Positions 1 through 16,038 of a DNA stretch of 64,000 nucleotides are shown here, one piece after another. Under the pieces are notes generated by a model, which had not been told where the DNA came from, ran no database searches, and saw only the letters and a list, made by a program, of their open reading frames with translations. The translations under genes were made by a program, and so were the position numbers. The stretch is taken from positions 68,510,001 to 68,574,000 of the forward strand of contig OZ024744.1 of NCBI GenBank assembly GCA_964016885.1, read 5' to 3'. This DNA is from Eledone cirrhosa (taxonomy: Eukaryota). Each line of letters begins with the position of its first letter. The first letter of the stretch is position 1.

Positions 1-185
1 TAGGACGTCACATTTTATATATGAATATGTATGTCTGTGAATATATGTGTATTTGCGCGTTCATTAGTTACACAATGAATATTGTTTACCCTAAGGTACT
101 TCAAGATTAACAGATTTTCATTTACCTTTTACATACATACTGTTATATATATGAGGGGAATAGGACCCAAGACGGTGAACTTTGT

Positions 186-2394
186 TCAGGTGATGGGGTG
201 GTAGGTGAGAGGGAAAGGAACACGGGTGTTGGGAGGGCGGGGTTGAGGTGAGAGGGCTGTGGTGCGGTCTGTTTCACGGGCGCGGGTGAGAGCAGCTTGG
301 ATCAAGTTGGGGGGATATCCACACTGGATGATGAAGCAGGAAGCCATGCGAAGGGAATGGGTTTCGAAATCGTCGTCCTGGCTACAGAGTCGACGAAGAC
401 GGAGGAATTGGGAATAGGGTATGGAGTGTTTGGTGTGGGTTGGATGGGAGGAGGTGAAGTCGAGATAAGATTGGGAGTCTGTTGGTTTAATGAAGATGGA
501 AGTCGAGAGGGTGTGGTGAGAGTGATTAATAGATAGAGAGATATCTAGAAAGGTGACAGAAGAATCGGAGACGGAGGCGGTGAAATTGAGAGCAGGATGG
601 AAAGATTGAACAAAAGAAAGAAAATAGTCGAGCTGTTCTCTTGATAGAGAGGTGGCGCTGATACAGTCGTCGATATAACGACGGTATAGCTCAGGAGTCG
701 GTCCAGCGTACTCGGAGAAGATCTGGGCTTCGACGTAGACAACAAACAAGTTGGCATAGTTTGGACCCATTCTGGTTCCCATCGCTACCCCAGAGACCTG
801 CTGATAAAATTCACCCAAAAAGGAAAATCCATTGAGGGTGACAACAAGTTCAGCCAGACGGTGAAGAGGAGTAGTGCTGGGGTAAGGGGTAGGGCGTAAA
901 TCTGAAATATGCTGGAGAGCGCGGAGGCCGTCATCTTGAGGGATAACGGTATAGACAGGATGATGACCAGGGTAAAGAGAAGGTGAGAGGCACCAGGAAG
1001 GAAGGAGAAAGAGTTGAAGAGTCTAAGGGCATGATTTGTATCGTGGATGTGGGGGGGGGGGGAGATTGCCGACCAACAGGGCGAGGATGGTGTGTGAATA
1101 TTCAGATATTATCTCGGTGAGGCAGTGGCACGCAAAAACGATAGGGCGGCCAGGATTATTTTGTTTGTGTATTTTAGGGAGGATGTAGATGGTGGGTGTG
1201 CGAGGGGTGCGTACAATAAGGTTGGTGGGTGTGGGGGGTAGGTGAGAGGAGGAGATGAGCTCGTGGATGGTGGAGGACACGAGTTGTTGGTAGCTAGGAG
1301 TGGAGTCGGAGGATAAAGGGCGGTAAAAAAGGGTATGGTCAGCGCTCCAAACCACCACAGCGCCACAGTGGGTTTGATGACAATGTCATCGCGACGCCGA
1401 AGGTTGCGAAGAGCGGAGAGCTCAGTCCGTGTCATGTTAGAGCGACGAGAATGCTGGTGAAACGGAACCGATTGACAGTACGCTGGCAAATATCGACAAA
1501 GGAGTCGAGGGTGCTGAACTGGCCAGGGCACGGCGTCCAATGTGATTGCCGGCGACTGAGACGACTGATGTCATCCGTCTGTGTCGATGATGGCGTGTCG
1601 TGAAAAAAATCTTTCAGCTTTAATCAACGGAAGAACCCTTCAATGTCGGCACGTGTGCGGAACTCGTCGCAGGTAGATGTGGTTGGTATAAAACGCAAAC
1701 CACGGGTGAGGAGAGAGTGCTCAGCTTCGGAGAGTTGTAGGTCTTGGGGTATGGTGACTATAGCGCAGGGGCGTGAGGGAGTGAGAGAGGCGGAGGCGGA
1801 GGGGTCAAGGTGTTTGGGCAAATCGTGTGCAGATACAGTAGTAGGTGCGGGTTAGAGGGTTAGGGTTGGAGGCGATATGAGTATGGGTGGTGACGGCAGG
1901 CGGGGAGCGGAGAGAGTCGAGTTTATGATTTTTTACGGAAGTCAGGAAATTGAAAAGGAGGCCATTGAGGTAGGCCTTGGGGAGATCTCGGTCGAGAGAA
2001 CGGATTTGGGCGAGAGTTGATCGAATGGTCGCCCGCATGAGCTGGCGAGAGAACCGGGTAAGGATAGTCTCAGTGGTGGGAGAAGAGTAAGAGGTGGGGT
2101 GAAACTTGAGGTGGAAACCGCGGGGAATGAGGTGGTGGTGGAGACAGCGACTTAAAAATGTGATGTGACTGTTGTATCGTGTTTTGGTGAAGATGAGGTT
2201 GGAGAGATGCAGGGAGGATTGGATGTATATAGGGGGGGAGGCTCGAGGAAGCGCTTGAGAGTAGAATGGAGCTGGCGGAGAAAAGATTTGAGATTGGGCA
2301 TATTGAAGATACTAGGGTGGGAGTGAAAAAGAGACGGCTGAGAAGAATGTAGTAGAGGAAAAGTGGTAGAGAGTCGTGGAATATTTAAATGCAA
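186..2394 (-). mobile_element. Degraded Penelope-like element (Neptune-type RT), frameshifted, truncated before the GIY-YIG domain
   Basis: Collinear ORF pieces: LSEAEHSLLTRGLRF (1624-1821); ELSALRNLRRRDDIVIKP (1109-1540); ILPKIHKQNNPGRPIV (1023-1358); FYQQVSGVAMGTRMGPNYANLF..YRRYIDD..FLDI..KPTDSQSYLDFTSSHP..SIPYSQFLRLRRLCS (186-818). These are PLE RT and thumb motifs. Confidence 0.9.
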
Positions 2395-2838
2395 GAAGCA
2401 AAGAAAATTTCAAAGGTACGAAAGATTTCCTGATGGAAGTTCAAGTGTACTCCGGGTTGGTATCTAGTTTCGTGGTGAAAGTCCAAATAGAAAATCAGAC
2501 GAATTTTGGAGAGGTCCACGTTAGCGTTGATATATATTTATATATATGTAAAAGGTAAACAGAAATAACAACACAATCGGTACAGCATATGGAAGTTATA
2601 TATATATATAAATGTGTATATATATATATGTAAGAATATTTTTTGAAACAGCGAATTGGTTTGAAATTATTAGAAATGTAAGCTATCGCCGTATTTTGAC
2701 TAAAGAAATTAAAGAAATTATTGTACATCAATACTCATCTTTTTCCATTTCTCTGAGGGTTCTTAACCCCACTATCAGGCTAAATAATTTTTTTAATTTC
2801 TTTAGTAAAAATACGGCGATAGCTTACACACACACACA

Positions 2839-2917
<79 letters not shown>

Positions 2918-2968
2918 TAATAAAAATAATGAATAAAAACAAAGAAACAGTTCCTTATATTAAAAAAT

Positions 2969-3110
2969 TCATCATTTTACGATCGTTTCTAGGATATATA
3001 TATGTGTGTGTGTTGGTATGTGTATCATATAGATCTATGTAAAATGTTTACAAACTATCAGAGGGAATATGCATACCTACACATATATATGCTGTCTTCA
3101 GAAATAATGA
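2969..3110 (-). ncRNA. Type I hammerhead motif with ~105-nt stem II
   Basis: Minus strand: tcattattt CTGAAGA [cagcatatatatgtgt...acacatatatatatccta] GAA ACGATCGT A aaatgatga. Stem I is 9 bp and stem III is palindromic. Confidence 0.65.
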
Positions 3111-4032
3111 TATTTGTTTATTGAAAAAAACCAACAAAGATTTAATATAATAGGTCTGTTTGGGAACAGGTTTTGAATTGACCAATAGAAAGGTAGTAAG
3201 TGGTCAAGATGGTAGAATAGTAGTAATGGAACTTTAATTTAGGGGTAGAGGAAAGCAGATTTCAGTTTTGAATGGAAAGAGTATATTGAATGAAAAGATT
3301 ATTTTGGGGATGAAAATAGGTCAAGTCGGTAAAAGGTACACGAAAATTTGATGTTATAAAAGAATAATGCTAATGTAAATATCTAAGGAGAATAAAATTT
3401 TACGATAAATGTGTTAGTGAAAAATATCAATCTTATTTAAAACATAAGGAATTTACATCTATAAAAAGAAAATAAATTAATTAAATTGATAGGTATATTT
3501 ATATTGATAAATTTATATTAATTCATATAGATATGATAAATAAGAGATAGATGTAATTGAAGAATGCTGTTAAAAACGAAGGGAAACAAAAAAAAATATT
3601 AATTATTATTGGGGGGCGGGGGGGGGGGGGGTAAATGTATTAGTGAGAAATAACAAATTTATATAGATTATAAGGAATATAGATTCATAACCTGAAATTA
3701 AAATAGTTTATATGTATACTTATTGGTATAAATTTTAGGAAAAGATAGCTGTAAAAGGGAAATAAAATTATGCAGTTCATTAGTAGTAGAATATTAATTA
3801 TAGGTTAACTAATTTTTAAAAAAGTGTTATTATAATAATTTGTAAAGTGTATATTAATTAGGTTTATAATATTTAAAAGTTCTTCTCATTTTATGATTAC
3901 ATGATATAATTAATTCCTGTCTTATTAAATAAGCGAAAAAAATTTTCGAATACATATCTTTTCATGATATTCGGATTACATTGAGTTCTTCATACGGATT
4001 GGACACTACCGTACATTTTGGTAGATTTATCT

Positions 4033-5080
<1,048 letters not shown>

Positions 5081-5275
5081 TAGGTGTGTATATATAGTTA
5101 TCCACCTGTTTATGTAAGAACCGATAACGTCGTTAGAACTTAATGCGGCCTTCAAGAGGTGGTTTTAACGAGATTAGGCTGTGAATGTTATAGATTTTTC
5201 AGTAGGCTCTCATCTCATAAAGTTCCCTAAAAAGTCTACTCTAGCTACACCTTTATATATATATATATATATATA

Positions 5276-5480
5276 CTAGCAAATGACCCCCGTCCATTGG
5301 ACGGTGTCAGTTCTTGGTAGGGCTGCAATGTTAATGGTCAATTTCCGTGTTGTATGTTTAACTTGGAGAATAATTTTACCTGATCAACTCTTTCAATAAA
5401 AAAAATGAGACGGTATTCAAAAAGAGCAAGTTTTATTTACAGATATGTGTCATTAAAATGTGAACATAGAGAAATGTATC
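5276..5480 (-). mobile_element. Helitron 3' terminus (element may extend to ~7250)
   Basis: Minus strand: hairpin ccgtcc-aat-ggacgg, 11-nt spacer, then CTAG|T. Confidence 0.6.
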
Positions 5481-5799
5481 GTTAGCCGTGTCGGTTGAAC
5501 AATGTGTATTTTAAAACATCCATCATGTACACACACACACAAACACACACACACACAAACATACACACACAAACACACAAACACACACACACACACACAT
5601 ACGCACACAATCCCAAGACGTGACGTTGTGGAAGGGGGAGAGTTAAGAAGTGTAATAAATAAGTTAAAATTATAAACGCTGTATTTATCATATTCGCGTC
5701 ACACACACTCCTCTCTTTCTTTATTTTACTCTCTCTCTCTCTCACTCCTCTCTTTCTATCTCCCTCTCACACATCCTTCTCTCTCTGGCTGTTATGGAA

Positions 5800-5849
<50 letters not shown>

Positions 5850-6178
5850 CACGCACACATACACACACAAACACATACACACACATATACACATGCACAT
5901 ACACATACAATCCCATAATGTCGTGTTGTGGAAGGGGGAGAGTTAAGAAGTGTGTAAAAGGAACGCTCTCTCTCTTTATGGCCGTCATGGAATTTGTTAG
6001 TGCAAAAGTCTATAAGATTATAAAATCGAAGTTTGTGACTTCGAAATTAATCATTATGAAATAATTTTTTCTTCATGTTACAAACTGTAGCCTATTTTGG
6101 CTATGTGTTTAATTTGACAGAGATCGATGGAATATTTTCCAAGTGAAACTCTTTTACACACACACACAGAACGGGAAT

Positions 6179-7160
<982 letters not shown>

Positions 7161-7782
7161 TGAGTGTGTGTGTGTGGGGGGGGTCACAGAATTCAATTCG
7201 TGACCGAGTATAACAACTTTTAGACTCTAACATTCCTTCTTAATATATATTTTCTTGTCTCCGATGTCTTTTTTTTTTTGTTGACTCTACAGAAGCGGTA
7301 GTGACTTGCAGCACATACCACGTGTTTGGTATTTTAACTTATTTGGTCTGTTCATTGGCTTAATTTGGAATGGCATTTTAACCAATATTTTAACTATAGG
7401 AACCATACACTTTGTTACGTAAGCTACAAGCAAAATCAACTGGGATACTGCACTGGTTTTCAATATTCTGAAAAGTATGACCTCATTGATTAAGTCTATT
7501 TTTGAAATGGATTCATGATCATGGATTTTTTAATGCTAGGGACTGTTCCATGTTCTTTATTATATATATATATATATATATAAATGTATATATATATATG
7601 TAAGTATGTGTGTATACGTACATACATATATGTATACAGACGTACAGTAGCATGCATATATATATATATATATATACATACAGGTACACATACATATATG
7701 CACGTATCAGTTTAGCGGACGCTTATTATAACGCCGCTTTGTTCGTTTGTAAACAAACTGAACAGCCTGAAATATATATATA

Positions 7783-7904
<122 letters not shown>

Positions 7905-8038
7905 CCGAAGAGATTGTTTTTGTAAGAAGAGGAGCAAGCAGGAGATAGCTCTCAATATTCGTAGTTTGTAGTTACGATGGAGATTCAATATAATAAAAAC
8001 ATTAATAAAGATGCTGATGTTACATGAATCGTTCGTTG

Positions 8039-8228
8039 GGCGGTGGATTGGCAGTATCGGTAGAGGGTCGGACGCCATGCTTTGTAGCAAAGAGTTATGG
8101 CCCTTTATGATCTGAGTTCAAAATCCCACCGAGGTTAACTTTGCCTTTCATCCTTACGGGGTCGATAAAATAAAGTACCAGTAATGTACTTGGTATCTGC
8201 TGGCCTTGTGCCAGAAGTAGAAACAATT
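8039..8228 (+). mobile_element. tRNA-derived SINE (Nin-domain-like core)
   Basis: A box TGGCAGTATCGG, B box GAGTTCAAAATCC, core aactttgcctttcatccttacggggtcgataaaataaagtacc. At least 6 more copies occur in the window. Confidence 0.85.
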
Positions 8229-8526
8229 ATAATTATTTCAACGTTTCTTCCATGCAATCAAGATGTAATTCATGCATTTGTTGCGTTTATGAGAACGGTA
8301 TCCTTAGATGAAATTCGATTTTGTGATATGCCGCCGGCAGGAAAAACACGACCTTCTGCTCATATATTTATATGTGTGTGTGTCTATGTGTAAATACTGA
8401 GTATAATTTGGGTGTAAATATCAAAAGGTAACAGTTAATTAATATATATATATATTATTCAAAATATTAACAAATGAAGATATTCACATCAAGACCGTAG
8501 AGGTATGTCATATATCAAATCATATA

Positions 8527-8588
8527 TTTTATCTGACGAGGACGTACTGAAAAAACAACGCAGTACCTTCGAAATATATATAATAAAG
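8527..8588 (+). ncRNA. Type I minimal hammerhead ribozyme motif
   Basis: ttttat CTGACGA ggacgtactg-loop-cagtaccttc GAA ATATATAT A ataaag, lying inside inverted arms 8452-8489 and 8603-8640. Confidence 0.8.
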
Positions 8589-8733
8589 CATATATTTTGA
8601 CTATGTGAATATCTGCATTTGTTAATATTTTGAATAATATTAAAAACTCCAGGAAAATTTAACTGTTGAGTACTTTTAATCTATTGTAAAACTGTATTCA
8701 TTGAGTAATCAATGAACCATATTAATCTTTGGT

Positions 8734-8768
<35 letters not shown>

Positions 8769-8791
8769 ATAATTAGTTATCCAAATAAAGA

Positions 8792-8863
8792 TTTTTACCT
8801 GATGAACGGATTCAGACGCCTCTGTTAGAATCGTCTGACTCCGTGAAACCTTGGGTAATGGAA
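8792..8863 (+). ncRNA. Hammerhead motif with damaged stem I (same family as 12968 and 26887/26984)
   Basis: CTGATGA acggattcagacg..cgtctgactccgt GAAA cc ttg gg TA. The downstream flank is shared with the family. Confidence 0.6.
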
Positions 8864-8955
8864 TAATTGTATTGTGTTGTTTATTACATAATTAAATAGC
8901 TCTGTACTATATATAGAGCACTCTTCTTTCCTTTACCTTTTCCACGGAAGTACCT

Positions 8956-9046
<91 letters not shown>

Positions 9047-9232
9047 CGGGGTGCATTACACTTTTGTCTTAGTAATGACCTCTCTATTATGAATGCCCTT
9101 TCCCACTCCAATAGATGGTTGGTATAAGGGGAATGAAATCGATGACAGAGGTCAATCAGGAATAGAGGAGAGAGATAACGAGAAGAAAAGGTTGCTTTAT
9201 AAATATCGAGTGTACGATTCATAATATAAATA

Positions 9233-9312
9233 CAGGGAGTCCCAAAAAAATGTATTCACACTTTGATTAAAATGCTGTAGAAGTATGTATACATTTTTGG
9301 ATGGACATCCTG
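9233..9312. mobile_element. Tc1/mariner-type MITE (~80 bp)
   Basis: TA|cagggagtcccaaaaaaatgtattca ... tgtatacatttttggatggacatcctg|TA: imperfect TIRs with TA on both flanks. Confidence 0.6.
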
Positions 9313-9606
9313 TATATTATACTATTTCTTTGTTGTAACTCCTCAATTTCTCCTTTTATTTATCTCGTAAAGATACGGCTAGGCGAAGTCTTTACGGAAT
9401 GTCAATGTGTGATGAGAAATGTCTTTATTCTATGTCCAATATAAATGTTTGTTGAGAAGGATACGTGAATACAATTACATATCACCTATAGACACATTGT
9501 CTCTCTTCTCTAACTTTTATAGTTTGTTTATCTACTTTGTAGAATATAATCATTCCTCTTTGTTTCGACGGCGGGTGTGTGATGTGGGGGTCGGGGGGAT
9601 GGTTGA

Positions 9607-9956
9607 CTGCTCCTGTCCTGTATCACTCTCTTTTAGTACAATGTTACACGCTTTCTCCTGTCCTGTATCACTCTCTTTTAGTACAATGTTACATCCCTCC
9701 TCACCTTCTGGTGGGGGGGGGGGGACCCCTCCTGTCCTGTATCACTCTCTTTTAGTACAATGTTACATCCCTTCGCCTGTCCTGTATCACTCTCTTTTAG
9801 TACAATGTTACATCCCTCCTCCTGTCTTGTATCACTCTCTTTTAGTACAATGTTACATCCCTCCTCCTATCCTGTATCACTCTCTTTTAGTACAATGTTA
9901 CATCCCTCCTCACCTTCTGTATCACTCTCTTTTAGTACAATGTTAAATCCCTCCTC
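9607..9956. repeat. 45-bp minisatellite, 7 copies
   Basis: Unit cctgtatcactctcttttagtacaatgttacatccctcctcctgt, spaced 45 bp apart with one G-rich interruption at ~9705-9730. Confidence 0.95.
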
Positions 9957-10007
9957 TTCATTACTGCCACAAACAGAAAACAAACACACAAACTAAAGGT
10001 AGTTTTT

Positions 10008-10042
<35 letters not shown>

Positions 10043-11379
10043 TTTGTTTGTTTGTTTGTTAATATATTTATTTAGAAAGGACATATTCAGTCTCCTTTCA
10101 GAAGAGTTCTTCTTTCTACTGAGATGTTATCTCTGCCAGTATCCAACAAAGATATTTAACGTGCTGACAACTTAATTACATACAACGTGCATCCTATTAA
10201 TAAACCAAACTGTCAAGTTTTGCTACAGTTATGAAACTGACAATCGATAAGCGTAAGTAATTCTGTAAGAAACCGAACAGCAGGAGAACTAATTTTAAAA
10301 TCATTAGTCTTGTCTTACGCCAATTGAAAGAATTACGTAACTAAGCCGGAAGGATTATATTCATTATGAATATAGAACACACATAATTAATTATACGGAT
10401 ATATTAAAGCATTGAAATTAATTGCAGACATTCGATATACACTGATATACGTTAACATTATCATTAAATATATATCTATGCTATAAAGCTGACGGCCGTA
10501 TGTAGGTAACAAACTTTCCGCCAAATGGCTGCACCAAACACCACCAAATTTGCACCAAGTAAAAAAGTGAGGGTATTTTTGTCTACTGAATTTTGTTAAA
10601 AGATTAAAGACATTATTTAAATATTCACTTCTATAAAATTTCAAATGTCAACACTTCCGGTTATACGTCATTCCTCACTTTTTCTTATGACGTCGCACAA
10701 CATTCCCCTCTTTCTCTTAGTCTGTCTTATTAGATAGATACATAGCTATAACGTAGCAACCTTATAATATCTCTCTGTATGTCTGTTGTCTGCATTCGAT
10801 AACGTTTTTCGAAATATTTACTTCTGCGTTCACATACGGATTTTTTAAATTTCAGAAGATCTCGTTAAGGGTGAAAGCAGCGATTCTTTGCTCAAATTTT
10901 TAATATATATATTCGTGTACAGATATTTTTGCATACACAAAAACAAAAACCTATTTATTTGACGAAAGCGCAGACGGCTTATCGTCATTGTTACTTTCCA
11001 AGATCTGAGAACCATCAATGGCCATAAATGTTCTACTTACCGTTTGGCTTGCCAGATGCGTGGTATGTTACACGATGACAGCCATATATATATAACGAAG
11101 GAAATGTGGTAAGGAACCAGATGGACCATAACGCACATTGTTTCGACTTCCTCCCCCTCCCCCTCCCTAGTATACTTCTCTTGATCTTTTATCCTTAGAA
11201 TCTGCTGTAGTTGTCACTTTCAACGCATGACTGGGTTTCCTCCACTCCCTCTCCCTCTTTCTTCTACTGGCAAATTCAGCTACGCCTTCGTTCCACAAAA
11301 TGCCATGATAGAATTATGTGTCTCAACAACAAACTTTTGACCAATCCTTGTGACAATCACTTTTACCATATATGGAATT

Positions 11380-11474
11380 ACCCCTGAGAAGCTCGGCTAT
11401 TCATGTATCTGGATAAAAATTTTCATTTAGTCCAGTATTAGCCGTCGAAACGGCTTGAGCTCAGCCGTCGGGGT
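11380..11474 (+). ncRNA. Hammerhead motif, A8 core variant (same family as 28265)
   Basis: acccc TGAGAA gctcggcta..tagccgtc GAAA cggc ttgagctca gccg TC ggggt. Confidence 0.55.
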
Positions 11475-11485
11475 CCTACTCGTTG

Positions 11486-11553
<68 letters not shown>

Positions 11554-11713
11554 CAACTAGAAATTGATTAACATATAAATAAAGATATGAAACAATCACA
11601 GGAGATAATTTTTACAAGTGTGCAAGCACACACAGCTAGGTAGGTAACTAAATAAAGTTAACTAGAACTTCAAAAATAGATACCTTATAATATGATTAAT
11701 CTTCCCTGTATAT

Positions 11714-12050
11714 ATTCCATTAAAGAAATATATTTCACCAATTAATCGAATGGTAAACCACGGATGCCGATACATGGATTTTCAACAAGGAAGTCCGGCT
11801 GTCTGTGTCTACGCATTAAGTTCAAATCAGCGACTGGCCAGTAACACGTGTTGTATCTTTTAAAAATACACACATTATACCAGCTTCGTCCCAGTGGCGT
11901 TAATAGGGTTATCGACAACTAGAAATAGCAGTCAAGACCTTTCAAGTCCTTTCAACAGGACTTCTTCCTTGTTGAAAATCCAAGTATCGGCATCCGTGGT
12001 TTACCATTCGATTAATTGGTGAAATATATTTTATAATGGAATATATACAG
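11714..12050. repeat. Fold-back element with ~90-bp inverted arms
   Basis: 11714-11796 is the near-perfect reverse complement of 11958-12050. Confidence 0.85.
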
Positions 12051-12303
12051 CTCAAGAGTGACACAGAGGAGACTGAGGTTAGCTGGACATGCTCAGCGAC
12101 ATCCAGAGTTGACATTGCATTCAGTGCTTCTGTGGGAGCCCCTACATGGACACACTAGAAGAGGAAGACCAAGGTTAACGTATGTTGATGCCCTAAGGAC
12201 AGACACTGGACTGTTGGAGACGCAGGACATGGCAGCGATAATGAGGGACAGAGACCGCTGGAGAGAACTCGTCCATGGATCTCGGGAATTTTACCCGCCT
12301 TAG
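12051..12303 (+). mobile_element. 5'-truncated RTE LINE 3' end (same family as 40020-43330)
   Basis: Encodes [31 protein letters not shown], followed directly by microsatellite. Confidence 0.92.
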
Positions 12304-12501
12304 ATAGAGAGATAGATTTATATATATATATAAATGTATATATATGTGTGTGTGTGTGTGTGTGCATGTGTGTATGTTTTGTGTTTGTGTGTGTGTTTGT
12401 GAGTGTGTATTTGTGAGAGTGTGAGTGAGTGTTTGTATGTGCATACGTATGTATAGATATTTATGTATGAGTTTATATAAGCATGTATATATATACATAT
12501 A

Positions 12502-12541
<40 letters not shown>

Positions 12542-12555
12542 CACATACGCACATA

Positions 12556-12611
<56 letters not shown>

Positions 12612-12834
12612 TGTATATATATATATATATATAAATATATATATACATAATACATATATAAAAACTATTGGAACGAATCCAAGTACACCAATACTCTGTA
12701 CTGTGTTTCATGACACTGCTGGGTGTTGCAGAGAATTTCAATCGCAATTGTTTAAAATGCCACCAGCGTTATGATTTGTTTCAAGGATAGAAGTGTTAGT
12801 TAAGAAATTAACAACAACAGTAACCACAAGAATT

Positions 12835-12867
<33 letters not shown>

Positions 12868-12967
12868 AAATGAAGTAATTCCGTCGGAAAAGTCCAGGAA
12901 AAAAGAGTGCTCTATGTAGGTAACAGAGCTTAATAGTTATGTAATAAACAATATAAGGCAATTATTT

Positions 12968-13022
12968 CATTTACCAGTGGTTTCTTAAAAGCAAACAAAT
13001 TTTGCTTTCAATCATCAGAATG
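12968..13022 (-). ncRNA. Type I hammerhead ribozyme motif, intact core
   Basis: catt CTGATGA ttgaaagcaaa..tttgcttttaa GAAA cc act gg TA aatg. Confidence 0.8.
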
Positions 13023-13347
13023 TAAAAATCCTGGTGTATTTATTGGCGTTGGATTTTAAAAACAAAAATATAATCTATATGAAAGTGAGGCTGGAAAAGG
13101 AAGAAGGAAAGGAAAAATAAAAACACATATGCAAACACACACACACATACACAAATATATACATACACATATATATATACATACACACATACATACACAC
13201 ACACATATACACACATATATGTGTATATATATCCATACACATACATATACGCATACATATATACACACATAAATATCAACATATCCATACATACACATAC
13301 ATACAAATACACAAACGGGCATACACACACACACACACACATATACA

Positions 13348-13389
<42 letters not shown>

Positions 13390-13739
13390 AACATATATAT
13401 ACATACATACACACATATACATATATATACACACGCACACATATATACATATACATATACATACACATACATATACATACATATATACATACACATGCAT
13501 ACATACATACACACAATCATACGTATAAACACACGTACACACGTACATACATACACATGCACACATATATACACGTATACATACGCATGCACAAATATAG
13601 AAATATATACACACACCTACATACTCACAAACACAAATAAATATAAGAAAAAATATATAATAATAAAAATGAATATAAAGATTATTATAGTGTTGACGGC
13701 GATTTAACAACTATAATAGAAAACATTACAATAATTCCA

Positions 13740-15962
13740 AAAGCCAGAAAAGAAATAGAACTAGAAATATAATATGGTTCGCCCCCCCCCCCTTTCTCAC
13801 TAAATATTAAAACCCACATTGCTAAACTATTTTTTAATGCTCTTGACAAACGCTTCCCTAGAACACATAAATATCACTCAATTTTTAATAGACATACTAT
13901 AAAATTAACTTACTCGTCCACCAAAAACTTAGCACAAAATATTAACAGAATAAATAATAGGAATCTAAAACCTAGCCAAAATACCGATAATAGCCTAAAC
14001 AATATTCAATTAAACAACTGTAACTGTAGAAATAAATCTAAATGTCCGTTAAATAACAATTGCTTAGTTAAAAATATAACATACAATTGTAATGTTAAAA
14101 CTGACTTAAATTCTTTTAACTATGTTGGTTCCACCTCGACAGAATTTAAACTTCGCTATAATAATCATAAGAATTCTTTCACAGATCCAGGCAAAAAATC
14201 TTCAACTTCACTATCAGGCTTACTCTGGCAACTTAAACATGATAACGTTGGATATTCGTTGTTTTGGAATATAGTCTCAAGAGGGATTCCTTTTAATTCC
14301 TCATCTGAGACATGTGACCTCTGCGTGGAGGAGATATTCTTTATATTAAAATCTAAAAATTCCCTTAATCTAAGGAGCAATTTATTCAGTTGCTGCAGAC
14401 ATAGATTGCACTCAACGTTTAAATATAAATATAAATTTAAAATGTAGTATATTTAGTTAAGATATTTATTTAATTAATTATGAAACATGACGATAAATCT
14501 TTCGATTCCTTCAACTTTTTCTTTTTTAAACCTTCTTCATAAATATATACTAATGATGTAATTAAACTACCCTAAATTTTACGCTAGATAAACTTCTATA
14601 CTAAATATAAGAGAATCTGTAGAACAACAGGGTCTCCTAAATCTTTTAAATGATTTCTGCTAAATAAGTCTTGTTGAATAATTTTGGTTTTTTGTTTGCT
14701 TTTGATACTGATTGCTTCTAATGAACTTGGCAATATATTGTCAGATAAATTGGAAGGGTTGATTTCTGTGGTTGATATGGGGGGCATACTGTGTTTTTTT
14801 TTAAGGCCCTAGACACTCTAGGGAGTGATGAAAGTATTCTTAGCGTTTTGATATATTGATATCTGTTGTCTATTCTATACATGAACGATAATCATGTATG
14901 CGAGCGCAGGAATATTAATATTAATATATATTTTATATTTTTATGTATGTGTATGTATGTATATATATATATATATATAGTAAAATCTTTTATAACGCAA
15001 AGGAAAATTTGTTCATGTGAAATAAGAAATTACAGAGCTGATCACGTATGCTCACGTGTATATCTATAGTGTCAACTAGAACTTGAGATGACCTTCTCTT
15101 TTTCTCTTTCTTTCTTTTTCCGGAAAGTACATTTATACTTATGTATTTTGAAGTTTTATCTCAGGTTTTTGATATATCGACCTAAGAACTTTTAAACTAA
15201 ACATATGGTCATTATTTTTCACACATTATATATCTATGTCTCATTCATGAATATTGATATTTACAGTATAATACCCAATTCATATAAATTAATAATTCAA
15301 ATTGATAGGACATAACGTACAGTTGTAAATCTGTCATCCTTCTCTCTAGATATAGCTTTCTTCTCCTCCCTCTATACATGATGTAATCTATGTATCGCTG
15401 TTTTCTCTTTAGTTATTTTTTATTTTTCTCCGTCTCCTTAACACTATAACTAAATAAATAAATAAATAAATAATTACAGTACTCCCCCCCCCCTAAATCT
15501 CTCAATTTGCATGTTGAATTATTATTATTCATCTGTTACCTCAGCTGCCTCTCATTTTTCACCTCCTCACTATTTCTCTCTCCCATATCTCTCTCTATCT
15601 CTCTCTGTTTTTCTTTACATACATTTATTCCTTCTCTCCGTCTTTCTTTCTAACTGTACTTAACACTAAATATTTACAAACATTTCACTACCAAACCAAC
15701 TTTTTTAAATGGAAGTTGATCAATATTTTATGGTACGTCAAATTTATTTATAAAACTGCTTATATATTGTATTTTATCTGAAGAAGGCATGCCGTATTTT
15801 TAATATGGTATCCCTGAAATATGTATAATGAAATAAATATGGTTTTATAAATATAGTTTCCATTTGTTTAATATCGTATATCTACTCCAAAACTTGTTGA
15901 GTGCTTTATATCAGTTATAAAATATTTACTCGTTGTAACCCAACAATTTTAAATAAAACTTT

Positions 15963-15965
<3 letters not shown>
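13740..15965 (+). mobile_element. PLE 3' fragment: linker + GIY-YIG endonuclease, long 3' region and HHR-bearing pLTR
   Basis: Hand translation gives IFNRHTIKLTYS..CNCRNKSKCPLNNNCL..YVGSTSTEFKLRYNNH..CDLCVEE..CCRHR (to 14447). HHR at 15770. The element ends in (TA)n. Confidence 0.8.
15770..15835 (+). ncRNA. Type I hammerhead ribozyme motif, intact core
   Basis: tattttat CTGAAGA aggcatgccgtatt ttt aatatggtatccct GAA ATATGTAT A atgaaata. Confidence 0.82.
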
Positions 15966-16028
<63 letters not shown>

Positions 16029-16038
16029 TATATATATA

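Noticed and set aside
5135-5228. Twister-ribozyme-like start (gaact TAA tgcg GC ... agttc)
   Set aside because: The L4 motif GUNNNAAGC and a clear P4 are absent; single copy with no covariation.
8039-8130. tRNA gene
   Set aside because: The A and B boxes belong to a dispersed SINE head; no complete cloverleaf.
9075-9156. tgacctct ... GAAATCGATG ... agaggtca resembling an HHR
   Set aside because: No intact CTGANGA and no valid cleavage triplet; degenerate.
9607-9956. CRISPR-like array
   Set aside because: Contiguous tandem units with no unique spacers, eukaryotic context, no cas genes.
10850-10895. HHR-like cagaaga tcccgttaagggt gaaa gcagc ga (also ~18685, 43400, 50890)
   Set aside because: U4 and the UH site are wrong in all four copies and there is no stem I. 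At most a dead relic carried inside the Helitron.
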